Source of the DNA: Myxococcota bacterium | GTDB taxonomy: Bacteria; Myxococcota_A; UBA9160; UBA4427 | Direction of reading: 5' to 3' | Assembly (NCBI GenBank): GCA_036336835.1 | Contig: JAYZFK010000082.1 | Span: 21,252 to 85,251, forward strand | DNA: 64,000 bases | Shown here: positions 40,976 through 49,048 of the stretch, piece after piece | Numbering within the stretch: the first letter of the stretch is position 1 | How the letters are laid out: each line of letters starts with the position of its first letter | Made by a program: the position numbers and the translations under genes | Notes under the pieces: model-generated | Databases searched by the model: none | What the model saw: only the letters and a program-made list of their open reading frames with translations | What the model was told of the DNA's origin: nothing

Positions 40976-41617
40976 ATGAATCGATCGCTCCGGCTAGCAT
41001 ATGTCCTGCTCGCGATCGCCTCGTTCACGATGCTTGCGGAGCGCTCGCAGGCATATGATGTCGAGGCCGATAGCACCACCAACACGGTCTTCGTCCTGTT
41101 GTGGAACGGCAATCCGGCGGCATCGTTCGAGTCCATCACGATCAGCGAGGCTCTGCCGGCCATCGTCACGCAGGCCACGGCGAGCATCATCCCGGCCTCG
41201 GTTCCCGCCAACGGGAGTGACCTCGCGGCCATCGACTTCGACGTCCCGGCGGGAGCAGCACTCGGCTCCAGTGGAGACCTCGTCATCACGGTGTCCGGGA
41301 GCGCGTCCGGCCAGCCGATCGACGTCGTCCTGACGGTGCCGCTGCAGGTCGTCGCGACGGCCCCGGCGGCACAGGGTGTCGTCGGTGTGGGGATCCCGGC
41401 ACCCGACCCCGGCGGTGTCGACAGCGACGCCGACGGCGTCAGCGACGCGCTCGAGATCGCGTTTGGAAGCGATCCCTTCGATCCGGCTTCGATGCCCGGC
41501 AAGACGGTGTCGGTCCCGTCGCTGGAAGCCATCGGGCTCACATGCCTCGCCGCGCTGCTCATGCTGGGCAGTGTCTGGCTGATGCGGCGACGCCCGCCGC
41601 AGCCGAGCGTCCCATGA
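40976..41617 (+). CDS. Secreted protein with a Ca-binding TSP3-like motif and an IPTL-CTERM-like anchor
   Basis: Signal peptide, DSDADGVSDALEIAFGSDP, C-terminal VPSL...GLTCLAALLMLGSVWLMRRR. Confidence 0.75.
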   Translation: MNRSLRLAYVLLAIASFTMLAERSQAYDVEADSTTNTVFVLLWNGNPAASFESITISEALPAIVTQATASIIPASVPANGSDLAAIDFDVPAGAALGSSGDLVITVSGSASGQPIDVVLTVPLQVVATAPAAQGVVGVGIPAPDPGGVDSDADGVSDALEIAFGSDPFDPASMPGKTVSVPSLEAIGLTCLAALLMLGSVWLMRRRPPQPSVP

Positions 41618-43977
41618 GCGCCGTGCGAAGGCACTGGCCGTTGTGGACCGTCGTTGCGCTGCTGGCGGCGACGAACGCACACGCCGGAGATCCCACGCGC
41701 ATTCAGCTCGTGGCCGACATCCCGGCTCTGGCGCTCAGCATCGTCGATGCGTCGGGCGCGATCTCCGGAGAGGTCGACGGGATCGCGACCGATGCGCTGG
41801 CGGGCCCGAATCCGGGCGAGGTCATCGGGGCGGCGCAGCTGGGACTGTCGATTCCCACGACTTCAGGGGTAGTGACCTGGGGCCACCGCGACGGCACCGA
41901 AACCTTCGTCGCCGGCCTGCCCGCGATGGACGTCGATGGCAGCTATGCGGATCCCTTCCCGGGAGCGATCCTCGAGAAGCTCTACAACCCGCCGATCGAG
42001 TTCGACGCCACCGGTTCGAACAACGCGGCACAACGCAGCGTCTCGTTGGCGGTGCGCATCGAGCAGCCCTCGGGAGGCACGATCGTCGTCTGGAAGGACA
42101 TCGTCCTGGTCAAACCCCCGGTGGTGCTCGTGCACGGCATCAGCCAGAACCCGTCGGCATGGGCCGGGTTCGAGAACGAATTCAGGAACAACCGCGGCTT
42201 CAAGACCTTCGCCGTCGACCACTCCGGGGGCTCGTATACCAGCGGCGCGCCAACCTGGGGGGGCAACGGGGACATCCACGACTCGTATCAATTCGTGCGC
42301 GGGAACATGCCCGGCTCGGTCGGAGTGGCCGAGGCGCTCGCCCGCTTCCGCACCGGAGACGCGACCGCGCATGCGGGCCTGAAGATCGTGGTGCAGAAGG
42401 CGGACGTCGTCGGGAGCAGCTACGGAGGCCTGCTCTCGCGCTGGTACGTCGAGCAGGCCGTGGACTATGGCGACGACGTCCGCAAGCTGATCACCATGGG
42501 AACACCGCACCGCGGCGTGCCCGCGACCAACATGAACGCGCAGGCAGCGAACGACGATGTCATCGCCAACGCCTCCTCCCAGCTCTTCTCGCCGTTCGAC
42601 ACCATGGCGGGCACCTTGCAGCTGATCGATGACCTGGGGTTCCTCCGCTGGAAGCAGGACCCGATGGACCCCATGAACGACGACGTCGTCCCCTCGCTCC
42701 AGGTGATGACCTTCGGCTCGGAGGTCCTGGCCCAGCTCAACGACTCCGCGCCCTTCCGCGACGACGTGGCCTACGGCTCGATCGTGGGCATCGAGGACCA
42801 GCTCGACTTCGTGGTCTTCGTGATCAACATCCACTACGACCTCGATCCCGTCGTCAGCCTGCTCTCGGAGCAGAAATCCTATTTCCCGATGATGCCGATC
42901 CTGGATGCTGGCCCGAACGACAGCGATGCGGTGGTCCCCATCTGGAGCGCGAAGCTTCCAGCTCGTTCCACGGAAGTGCTCTTCGACCATCTGAGCTTCC
43001 ACGACAGCGCCACGGTCCAGAATACGGTTTCGATCTGGCTTCAGGACTCCACACTTCCTCTGGGGGCGGCACACCGGACGGCGTTCCAGGCCGAGGTGAT
43101 CGATCAGTACACCTCGCGCGAAAACGCCTACGTCGGCAGCACGCTCGTGGGCACGGAGAGTGTCGGCGGCGGCCTGGTCGAGGACGCCATCGTGCAGGTG
43201 AAGTTCTCGGGCCCGGCGCTCACCGAGGTCGGGGGCCTGTCCGCACTCGGTTCCGGCGGCGGCATCGTGACGGCCACGATGACGGGCATGGTGCGCGTGG
43301 ACGTCGCGGGAGTCCCGCAGCCGGAGACAGTCACACTCGTCAACGATGGGACGTTTGTGGATACGCCCCTGCATGCCGTCACCCAGATCCTGGACCCGGG
43401 CACGACGCCAGCGGGAGAGTTCTTCACTTTCTCCATCGACGCGAGCTTCTCGCGCGGCCAGGCGAGCATCGTGGGGCCAGACGGGAGCGTTGCGGGCACC
43501 GGGATTTGGAGCGTCGGCTATGAGATTTCGGCGGCGCCCGACTACACGCAAGCGCCCTGGACCGACATCGATTTCCTGTCGTTCGTGCTGCCCACGATAT
43601 TCGTTCCGGGCGAGTCCCCCCCGTTCTCGGTCGGCCTCGCACCCGGTAGTGCCTTCACCCTCGAGGGCACTGTAAACGCGACCGCGGCCGGCGCCGCAAC
43701 GCAGTCGGTCACCAGCGAGATCTGGGAGGCGAACTTCTTCTTCGACACGCTCATGGAAAGCCGCAGCTTCAACGTCTCGATGCCGGCGGAGACGATTTCC
43801 GGCGCGCTCATGCCGTATTCGGAGCCGGGGTTCTTCCTGTTCAAGAACGGCAGCGGTCAAATCGAAGGCAGCGCTGGCTCGAGCGGCGAGACGACCGGCG
43901 ACTTCTACCAGTTCCTGATCCAGCCCGGTGCCTCCAATCCGAGCTCGGACAGCGTCACCGTCACGGTTGCGCCATGA
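41614..43977 (+). CDS. Secreted alpha/beta hydrolase (PGAP1/lipase-like) with extra beta-rich domains
   Basis: Signal peptide (AHA), PVVLVHGI, VGSSYGG nucleophile elbow, GTPHRG, SDAVVP; ATGA coupling at both ends. Confidence 0.8.
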   Translation: MSAVRRHWPLWTVVALLAATNAHAGDPTRIQLVADIPALALSIVDASGAISGEVDGIATDALAGPNPGEVIGAAQLGLSIPTTSGVVTWGHRDGTETFVAGLPAMDVDGSYADPFPGAILEKLYNPPIEFDATGSNNAAQRSVSLAVRIEQPSGGTIVVWKDIVLVKPPVVLVHGISQNPSAWAGFENEFRNNRGFKTFAVDHSGGSYTSGAPTWGGNGDIHDSYQFVRGNMPGSVGVAEALARFRTGDATAHAGLKIVVQKADVVGSSYGGLLSRWYVEQAVDYGDDVRKLITMGTPHRGVPATNMNAQAANDDVIANASSQLFSPFDTMAGTLQLIDDLGFLRWKQDPMDPMNDDVVPSLQVMTFGSEVLAQLNDSAPFRDDVAYGSIVGIEDQLDFVVFVINIHYDLDPVVSLLSEQKSYFPMMPILDAGPNDSDAVVPIWSAKLPARSTEVLFDHLSFHDSATVQNTVSIWLQDSTLPLGAAHRTAFQAEVIDQYTSRENAYVGSTLVGTESVGGGLVEDAIVQVKFSGPALTEVGGLSALGSGGGIVTATMTGMVRVDVAGVPQPETVTLVNDGTFVDTPLHAVTQILDPGTTPAGEFFTFSIDASFSRGQASIVGPDGSVAGTGIWSVGYEISAAPDYTQAPWTDIDFLSFVLPTIFVPGESPPFSVGLAPGSAFTLEGTVNATAAGAATQSVTSEIWEANFFFDTLMESRSFNVSMPAETISGALMPYSEPGFFLFKNGSGQIEGSAGSSGETTGDFYQFLIQPGASNPSSDSVTVTVAP

Positions 43978-46340
43978 GCGAGCCGCGCACGGTCGTTGCG
44001 GCTGCGTGCGGAGTGGGGCTCGCGCTGCTGCTCGCATCCGGGGCGGCTGCGGACGCTGTGGCGCCCGTCTTGGATCGGGAGCTTCCCGATCTCGATCGCG
44101 GCCTGCCGGCAGTGCTCGACCTCGACTCCGGCGGGCTGGCGCTGGCGCAGCAGCCCGCGGCCTTCGCGAACGTGGAAGAGTACAAGGCGGCGCTCGCTCG
44201 GCTCGGCGACCTGGCCTATGACGACGTGCAGGGAGGGCTGCTCTTCCTCGCCGCGGGCTTCGCGCTGCCGCTCGGCACCGCAAAGCCGGGCGAAGCCGAG
44301 CTTCTCGAACTGTCCGAGCGACTCGAGCCGCGCGTGTTCCTGCGCGGTTCCGAGCTCGCACCGGGCTCGTGGTTCGCCGTGCGCACGCGCGCCGGCAAGC
44401 TCTCGCTGGCGCTCGTCGTGACACGAACCCGGGAGGCGATTCGCCTGCGCTGGTCTGCGCCGCGCAGCGCGCAAGCGCCCGTTCGAACTGCCGGGGTCGA
44501 TGCGATCGCGGCGGTCCCGACCGCACGGCTGTCCAGTGCGTTGCTCCCGCCGCTCGGCGAGGCGCCCGAGTCGGTGCTGCGCCTCGCCACCGGCGGGCTC
44601 GTTGCCGGCCCGGCGCTGCCGGAGCCATTCCTGCCGCGGGAGCTGGGTGCGCTGGTGGACGCGGTCGGACGCAAGGGGGATCTCGCCTACTTCCGCTTGC
44701 GCTCCGGCATGCTGATCGTTGCCGCCGGCAAGCTGGCACAGCTGGGGACCGGCCCTGTGGCGGCGCTGGCAGGCCGAGATCTGCGGCCCCGGCTGCGCGA
44801 GCGTTCGACGGTTGCATCGAACGCGCTGATACCGGGGAGCGTGCTGCTGGTGGAGACGACCCGCGGACAGCACGCGCTCGTGCGTGTCGATGCCGTCGAG
44901 CCGGAGGGGCTTCGCGTGACCTGGCTGCTGCAGTCCGATGGGAGCGCCGTCTTCCGCGACCTGGCCGCCTTCGACGCGACCTTCGAGATTGCGGACCCGA
45001 AAGTGCTCGACCGGCTGTTGCTTGCCGCCGCCGCGCGCGGAGACTCCGCCGCGCTTCGGCGCCTGCTCGCGCTCGGCGCGGACGCGAATGCCACCCGGGG
45101 CCGCGATGCACGGCCGGCACTGGTTCTCGCGGTGATCGACGGTGACGTCAGTGCGGTTGCCGTGTTGCTCGAGGCCGGTGCCGACCCTGCGGGCGCCGGC
45201 AGCCTCGGCTGGAACGCGCTGCAGGTGGCTGCGCAGCTCGGGCGGGTCGAGCTGGTCGAGGCGCTGCTCGGCGCCGGCGCGGACCCACAGACGCGCACGC
45301 CAGAGGGCAAGGACGCTCTGCAGCTCGCGCTCGACTCGCCGCGGCAGAGCCTCGCGCTCATCCGGTTGCTACGCCGCCACAGCGAGACCCCCGACTCGCT
45401 GGCTCTGGCGGCGCGCGTCGGCGATCTGGCCGCCCTCGGCGCACTGCTCGCAGACGGTGCCGCGGTGGATCTGCCGCGCGAGGACGGGCAGACGGCCCTC
45501 CAGGTCGCGGCGGCGGCGGGCCAGCCGGCGGCGGTTCGCATCCTGCTGGCGGCGGGTGCCGATCCAGGTATCGAGTCCGAGGCTGGCGACTCGGCGTTGC
45601 TGGCAGCAGTGGCCGCGGGCCAGGTCGAGACGGCAGCGCTGCTGATCGAGCACGGCGGGGTTTCCGACGCGCAGATGAACGCTGCGCTCTACCGAGCCAA
45701 CGAGAACGGCTCACCGGAGCTGGTCGGGGGCCTGCTGCGCGGCGGCGCGGACGCCGGGCGCGACCAGGGCAAGGGTCTGAGCCCGCTCGACCATGTGCTT
45801 CAGTACGGCAGCGAGTCCGTCGTCGCGGTCTACCTCGAGAACGGATACGCACTCAGCGCGGCGGCAGCCGCGCGGCTCGGGCTGGTAGAGCAACTCACCA
45901 CCTTGCTGGAGCAAGGAGTCGCGCCGAACGAAGCCAGCGCCGATGGCCGCGTGCCGCTGCAGCACGCGATCGAGAACGATCAGATCGATGCTCTTCGGGT
46001 GCTGCTCGATCACGGCGTCGCTGCGGACGCGCCGCTTCCGACCTGGGATCGGCGCTCACCGCTCCACGAGGCCGCCGCACGTGCCGATGTCGACGTGGTC
46101 GCCCTGCTGCTCGACCGCGGGGCCGATGCGAACCAGCTCGATCGGGTCGGTCGCAGCCCGCTCTACGACGCCGTCGCTCACGGACGCGAGGACTCGGTGC
46201 GGGTGCTGCTCGAGCACGGCGCCGACCCCAACCTGGCGCCAGCGGGCGAGGCGCTGATCGACATGACGTCGCGCGAATCGATGCGGACGTTGCTGGCGAG
46301 CCACGGCGCACACTCCTCGGAGGCATCACCGCCCGATTGA
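43974..46340 (+). CDS. Secreted ankyrin-repeat protein
   Basis: Signal peptide; C-terminal half has about 10 ankyrin repeats (GWNALQVAAQLG, GQTALQVAA, SPLHEAAAR, GRSPLYDAVAHG...GADPN). Confidence 0.88.
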   Translation: MSEPRTVVAAACGVGLALLLASGAAADAVAPVLDRELPDLDRGLPAVLDLDSGGLALAQQPAAFANVEEYKAALARLGDLAYDDVQGGLLFLAAGFALPLGTAKPGEAELLELSERLEPRVFLRGSELAPGSWFAVRTRAGKLSLALVVTRTREAIRLRWSAPRSAQAPVRTAGVDAIAAVPTARLSSALLPPLGEAPESVLRLATGGLVAGPALPEPFLPRELGALVDAVGRKGDLAYFRLRSGMLIVAAGKLAQLGTGPVAALAGRDLRPRLRERSTVASNALIPGSVLLVETTRGQHALVRVDAVEPEGLRVTWLLQSDGSAVFRDLAAFDATFEIADPKVLDRLLLAAAARGDSAALRRLLALGADANATRGRDARPALVLAVIDGDVSAVAVLLEAGADPAGAGSLGWNALQVAAQLGRVELVEALLGAGADPQTRTPEGKDALQLALDSPRQSLALIRLLRRHSETPDSLALAARVGDLAALGALLADGAAVDLPREDGQTALQVAAAAGQPAAVRILLAAGADPGIESEAGDSALLAAVAAGQVETAALLIEHGGVSDAQMNAALYRANENGSPELVGGLLRGGADAGRDQGKGLSPLDHVLQYGSESVVAVYLENGYALSAAAAARLGLVEQLTTLLEQGVAPNEASADGRVPLQHAIENDQIDALRVLLDHGVAADAPLPTWDRRSPLHEAAARADVDVVALLLDRGADANQLDRVGRSPLYDAVAHGREDSVRVLLEHGADPNLAPAGEALIDMTSRESMRTLLASHGAHSSEASPPD

Positions 46341-46598
46341 GCGAGCTGGGCTGGCGCGGGCACCCAGCGGTCTCCCGCGCCGATTCTTCCAGCGAGTCAG
46401 CGGACTCGTCGATCGATCTGGCAGGGGCTCAGGGCGCGGTTCTGGCGGAGCGGCAGAAGGCAGTGGTACGCGTCAGCGTGAGCACGTTTACCATGCTAGG
46501 CGGCGGCCAGCGTAGTCCCAGTTCGGCGCGCGGAGCCCTAGCACGGCGACCGTTCGCGGGATTTGCATCCGCCGCACTGACATTCTGGGAAGAGAAGA

Positions 46599-46675
46599 TG
46601 GTAGCGGTGGCTGGACTTGAACCAGCGACCTACGGCTTATGAAGCCGTCGCTCTAACCGACTGAGCTACACCGCC
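46599..46675 (-). tRNA. tRNA-Met(CAT), elongator type
   Basis: GGCGGTGTAGCTCAGTCGGTTAGAGCGACGGCTTCATAAGCCGTAGGTCGCTGGTTCAAGTCCAGCCACCGCTACCA: cloverleaf, CAT anticodon, encoded CCA, no initiator GGG/CCC anticodon stem. Confidence 0.93.
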
Positions 46676-46749
46676 CTGATCCTCGCGGGCGCGCAGTCTA
46701 GCGCAGCACCTCGCGTCACGATCCGGGCTGTTTGCTGCCCGGGCTTGCT

Positions 46750-47385
46750 TCACGAGTCGCTCGGGCGTTGGGCTTGCTTGAGGGCCTTGTTGGCGTCGTC
46801 CAGATCACGGCGCAGCTCGCGCGACTCGCGCTCGAGGGCATCGACGCGGCGGCGCAGCTTGTCGACTGACGGGCGCGCACGTTCAGAGCCGGGGCCGGCC
46901 GCAACCGCAGTGTCGTCGAAGTCGCTGACGGCGAAACGGGAGACCTTGCCGACCAGCTCGTCGAGATCGGGGATCACGTCTCCGATGCTGCCCGAGTGAA
47001 CGAATATCTCACGCAGGGGCTCGCCCTGCTCGCCGTCTGCGGTGGAGGCGGCCTGCATATCGAGGCTGGCTCCCTGACCGAACCGGGTGAACGAACCGAA
47101 CAGCACGAAGCCAGCGCCGACCTCACGGCCGGTGGCGAGGGCTTCCGCAAGGATCGTCGTGGCCTTGGCGGGGTCGCCGATGCGGATCACCTCGAATACG
47201 CCAGCCTGCTCGAGACGCGACACCAGCATGTCGGCGAGGCCGGCGCGCAGATACGCGGGATCCTCCGCGCTGTGTACCACCACCGGTACGAGCGCGATCT
47301 TGGGCTTGGTCTCCTGCTGAGCCGCGCCCGCCGACGCGACCAGCAGCAGCACGGTGAGGGCGATGCGTCCGGTGCAGCGCGACAA
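46750..47385 (-). CDS. Periplasmic protein (TolB-N/CsgG-like fold) with C-terminal coiled coil
   Basis: AAGGAG RBS and TTG; signal peptide; KIALVP...YLRAGLADMLVSRL...VLFGSFTRFGQGASLD. Confidence 0.65.
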   Translation of the reverse strand: MSRCTGRIALTVLLLVASAGAAQQETKPKIALVPVVVHSAEDPAYLRAGLADMLVSRLEQAGVFEVIRIGDPAKATTILAEALATGREVGAGFVLFGSFTRFGQGASLDMQAASTADGEQGEPLREIFVHSGSIGDVIPDLDELVGKVSRFAVSDFDDTAVAAGPGSERARPSVDKLRRRVDALERESRELRRDLDDANKALKQAQRPSDS

Positions 47386-47443
47386 CCGATCTCCTTTGCG
47401 GACGACCGCGGGCGGCCGAGCATCCGTCAATCCCTCTGGGGCG

Positions 47444-49048
47444 TCAAGCGGATGGATCGTCGGTTGCCGCCGGGAGCCGAACCTCGACCGTGGAGCCCTG
47501 CCCGACCGCACTGCGTGCACTGACCGTGCCGCCGTGCTGGCGGGCGATCTGTTGCGCCACGATCAGGCTGGGCCGCGCCACGGCCTCTTCGAGCCTGAGC
47601 TTCGGCTCGAAGACCTGCTGGAGCTCATCGGGTTGCATGCCCGGACCGGCGTCGACGATCTCGATCCAGGCACCGTCGCCGGACTCGTCGGGATCGGGAG
47701 CGATGCGGAGCAGGACGCGCTCACCGGCAGGTGTCGCGTCGATGGCGTTCAAGGTCAGTCCGACCAGCATCTGCTCGAGCAGTGCCCGCTGGCCGATCAC
47801 CTTGGGTGTCGCGGGATCGGCTTCGACAGCTACCTCGATCGAGGCAGCCGCGGCCGTGCCTTCGACCAGCGACGCGATCTCCCGCGCGATCTCGAGGAGG
47901 TCGATCGTGCCGACGCTTCCAGCCTCGGGCTGGGTCTCCCCCAGCGCAAGCAGTCCGGCCAGCTGCTTTCGCACTCCTTCGAGCTCGAAGCCTGCATCGC
48001 CGGCCACGCTCTCGAGCCGCGCCAGGGGCTCCTCGAGCGCGCGCGCAACGCCGAGCGACAGCCGTCCCAGGATCCCCAGGCGATCGGCACGCTGGAGCTG
48101 CTCGTGCGAGCTGCGCAGTGCGACCGCGGTTCGGGCTTTCTCGAGCGCGATGACGGCCTGGGTCGACAGGCCATCGAGCAGCGTTCGGTCGTCGGCGCCG
48201 AACCGCCGCCCGCCACTTCGATTGTCGATCGCGATGGCACCGATCACGCCGGCTTCGCCAGCGAGCGGGACGATCACCAGCTCCTCGGCCGACACCTCGG
48301 AGATCCACTGGCGGATCGGAGCCTCGAGCCCGCTCATCTGATCGACGCGAAAGGCCTGGGCCACGCCGCCTTCGAGCCGTTCGAAGAAATCGGGTGCTCC
48401 TGCTCTGCTCAGCTCGATGGCTCTCAGCCGCTCCGCCACCTCGTCTCGTGGCACTGCGGCCGCCCAGCGGAGCGCGCTGCGATCGGGAGTGAAGAAGAGC
48501 ACCGCGGCAGCGTCGAGACCGAGCTCGCTGTGGGCCGCGTCGATCAGCAGCCGCACTACTCGATCGGGATCGATCTCACGGTGCAGGGTTCGCGAGAGCC
48601 AGTTCAGGAACGTCAGCTCGTCGACCAACGCACCGCGCTCCCGGTCGAGCGCATAGCGTTCGATCGCGCGGCGTAGGGTGAGCGCCATCTGGTCCGGGTC
48701 CCAGGGCTTGGCGACGTAGCGGTAGATGCGACCATCGTTGATCGCCGCCCCCAGGGTCTCGGCGTCACCGTAGGCGGTCACCAGGATCCGCACGGCCTGG
48801 TCGTCGAGCTCGCGCACCCGACTCAGGAATTCGACGCCCGTCATACCCGGCATTTTCTGGTCGGACAGCACGACCGCGACCGGATTGTCGTTGAGCAGAC
48901 GCATTCCCTCCTCGGCGCTCTGCGCGGTCAGCACCGAAAAGTCGCGCCGGAAGGTCAGCTCGAAGACCCTCAGATTCGCGGCCTCGTCATCGACGTAGAG
49001 GATCGGGAACTCGCGCGAGTCGTGGGCGCTGATGGGCCTGGGCTTCAC
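47444..49048 (-). CDS. Response regulator REC-GAF fused to a degenerate histidine kinase
   Basis: ILYVDDE, SDQKMPG, TAY, AKPW; GAF (IVPLAG..GVIGAIAIDN); H-box lacks His (GVARALEEPL). GTG start overlaps the upstream stop. Confidence 0.88.
   Translation of the reverse strand: MKPRPISAHDSREFPILYVDDEAANLRVFELTFRRDFSVLTAQSAEEGMRLLNDNPVAVVLSDQKMPGMTGVEFLSRVRELDDQAVRILVTAYGDAETLGAAINDGRIYRYVAKPWDPDQMALTLRRAIERYALDRERGALVDELTFLNWLSRTLHREIDPDRVVRLLIDAAHSELGLDAAAVLFFTPDRSALRWAAAVPRDEVAERLRAIELSRAGAPDFFERLEGGVAQAFRVDQMSGLEAPIRQWISEVSAEELVIVPLAGEAGVIGAIAIDNRSGGRRFGADDRTLLDGLSTQAVIALEKARTAVALRSSHEQLQRADRLGILGRLSLGVARALEEPLARLESVAGDAGFELEGVRKQLAGLLALGETQPEAGSVGTIDLLEIAREIASLVEGTAAAASIEVAVEADPATPKVIGQRALLEQMLVGLTLNAIDATPAGERVLLRIAPDPDESGDGAWIEIVDAGPGMQPDELQQVFEPKLRLEEAVARPSLIVAQQIARQHGGTVSARSAVGQGSTVEVRLPAATDDPSA

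Noticed and set aside
41863..45120. 1085-aa minus-strand ORF and the many other long alternative-frame ORFs (e.g. 36388-38499, 10456-12231, 4360-6111)
   Set aside because: Arg/Ala/Pro-rich shadow ORFs overlapping well-supported genes, expected in high-GC DNA; no recognisable motifs.
46599..46675. tRNA-Ile2 or initiator tRNA-fMet identity
   Set aside because: Lacks the initiator C1 mismatch and three G-C anticodon-stem pairs; the GGCGGTG acceptor resembles elongator Met. Ile2 is not fully excluded without tRNAscan-SE.
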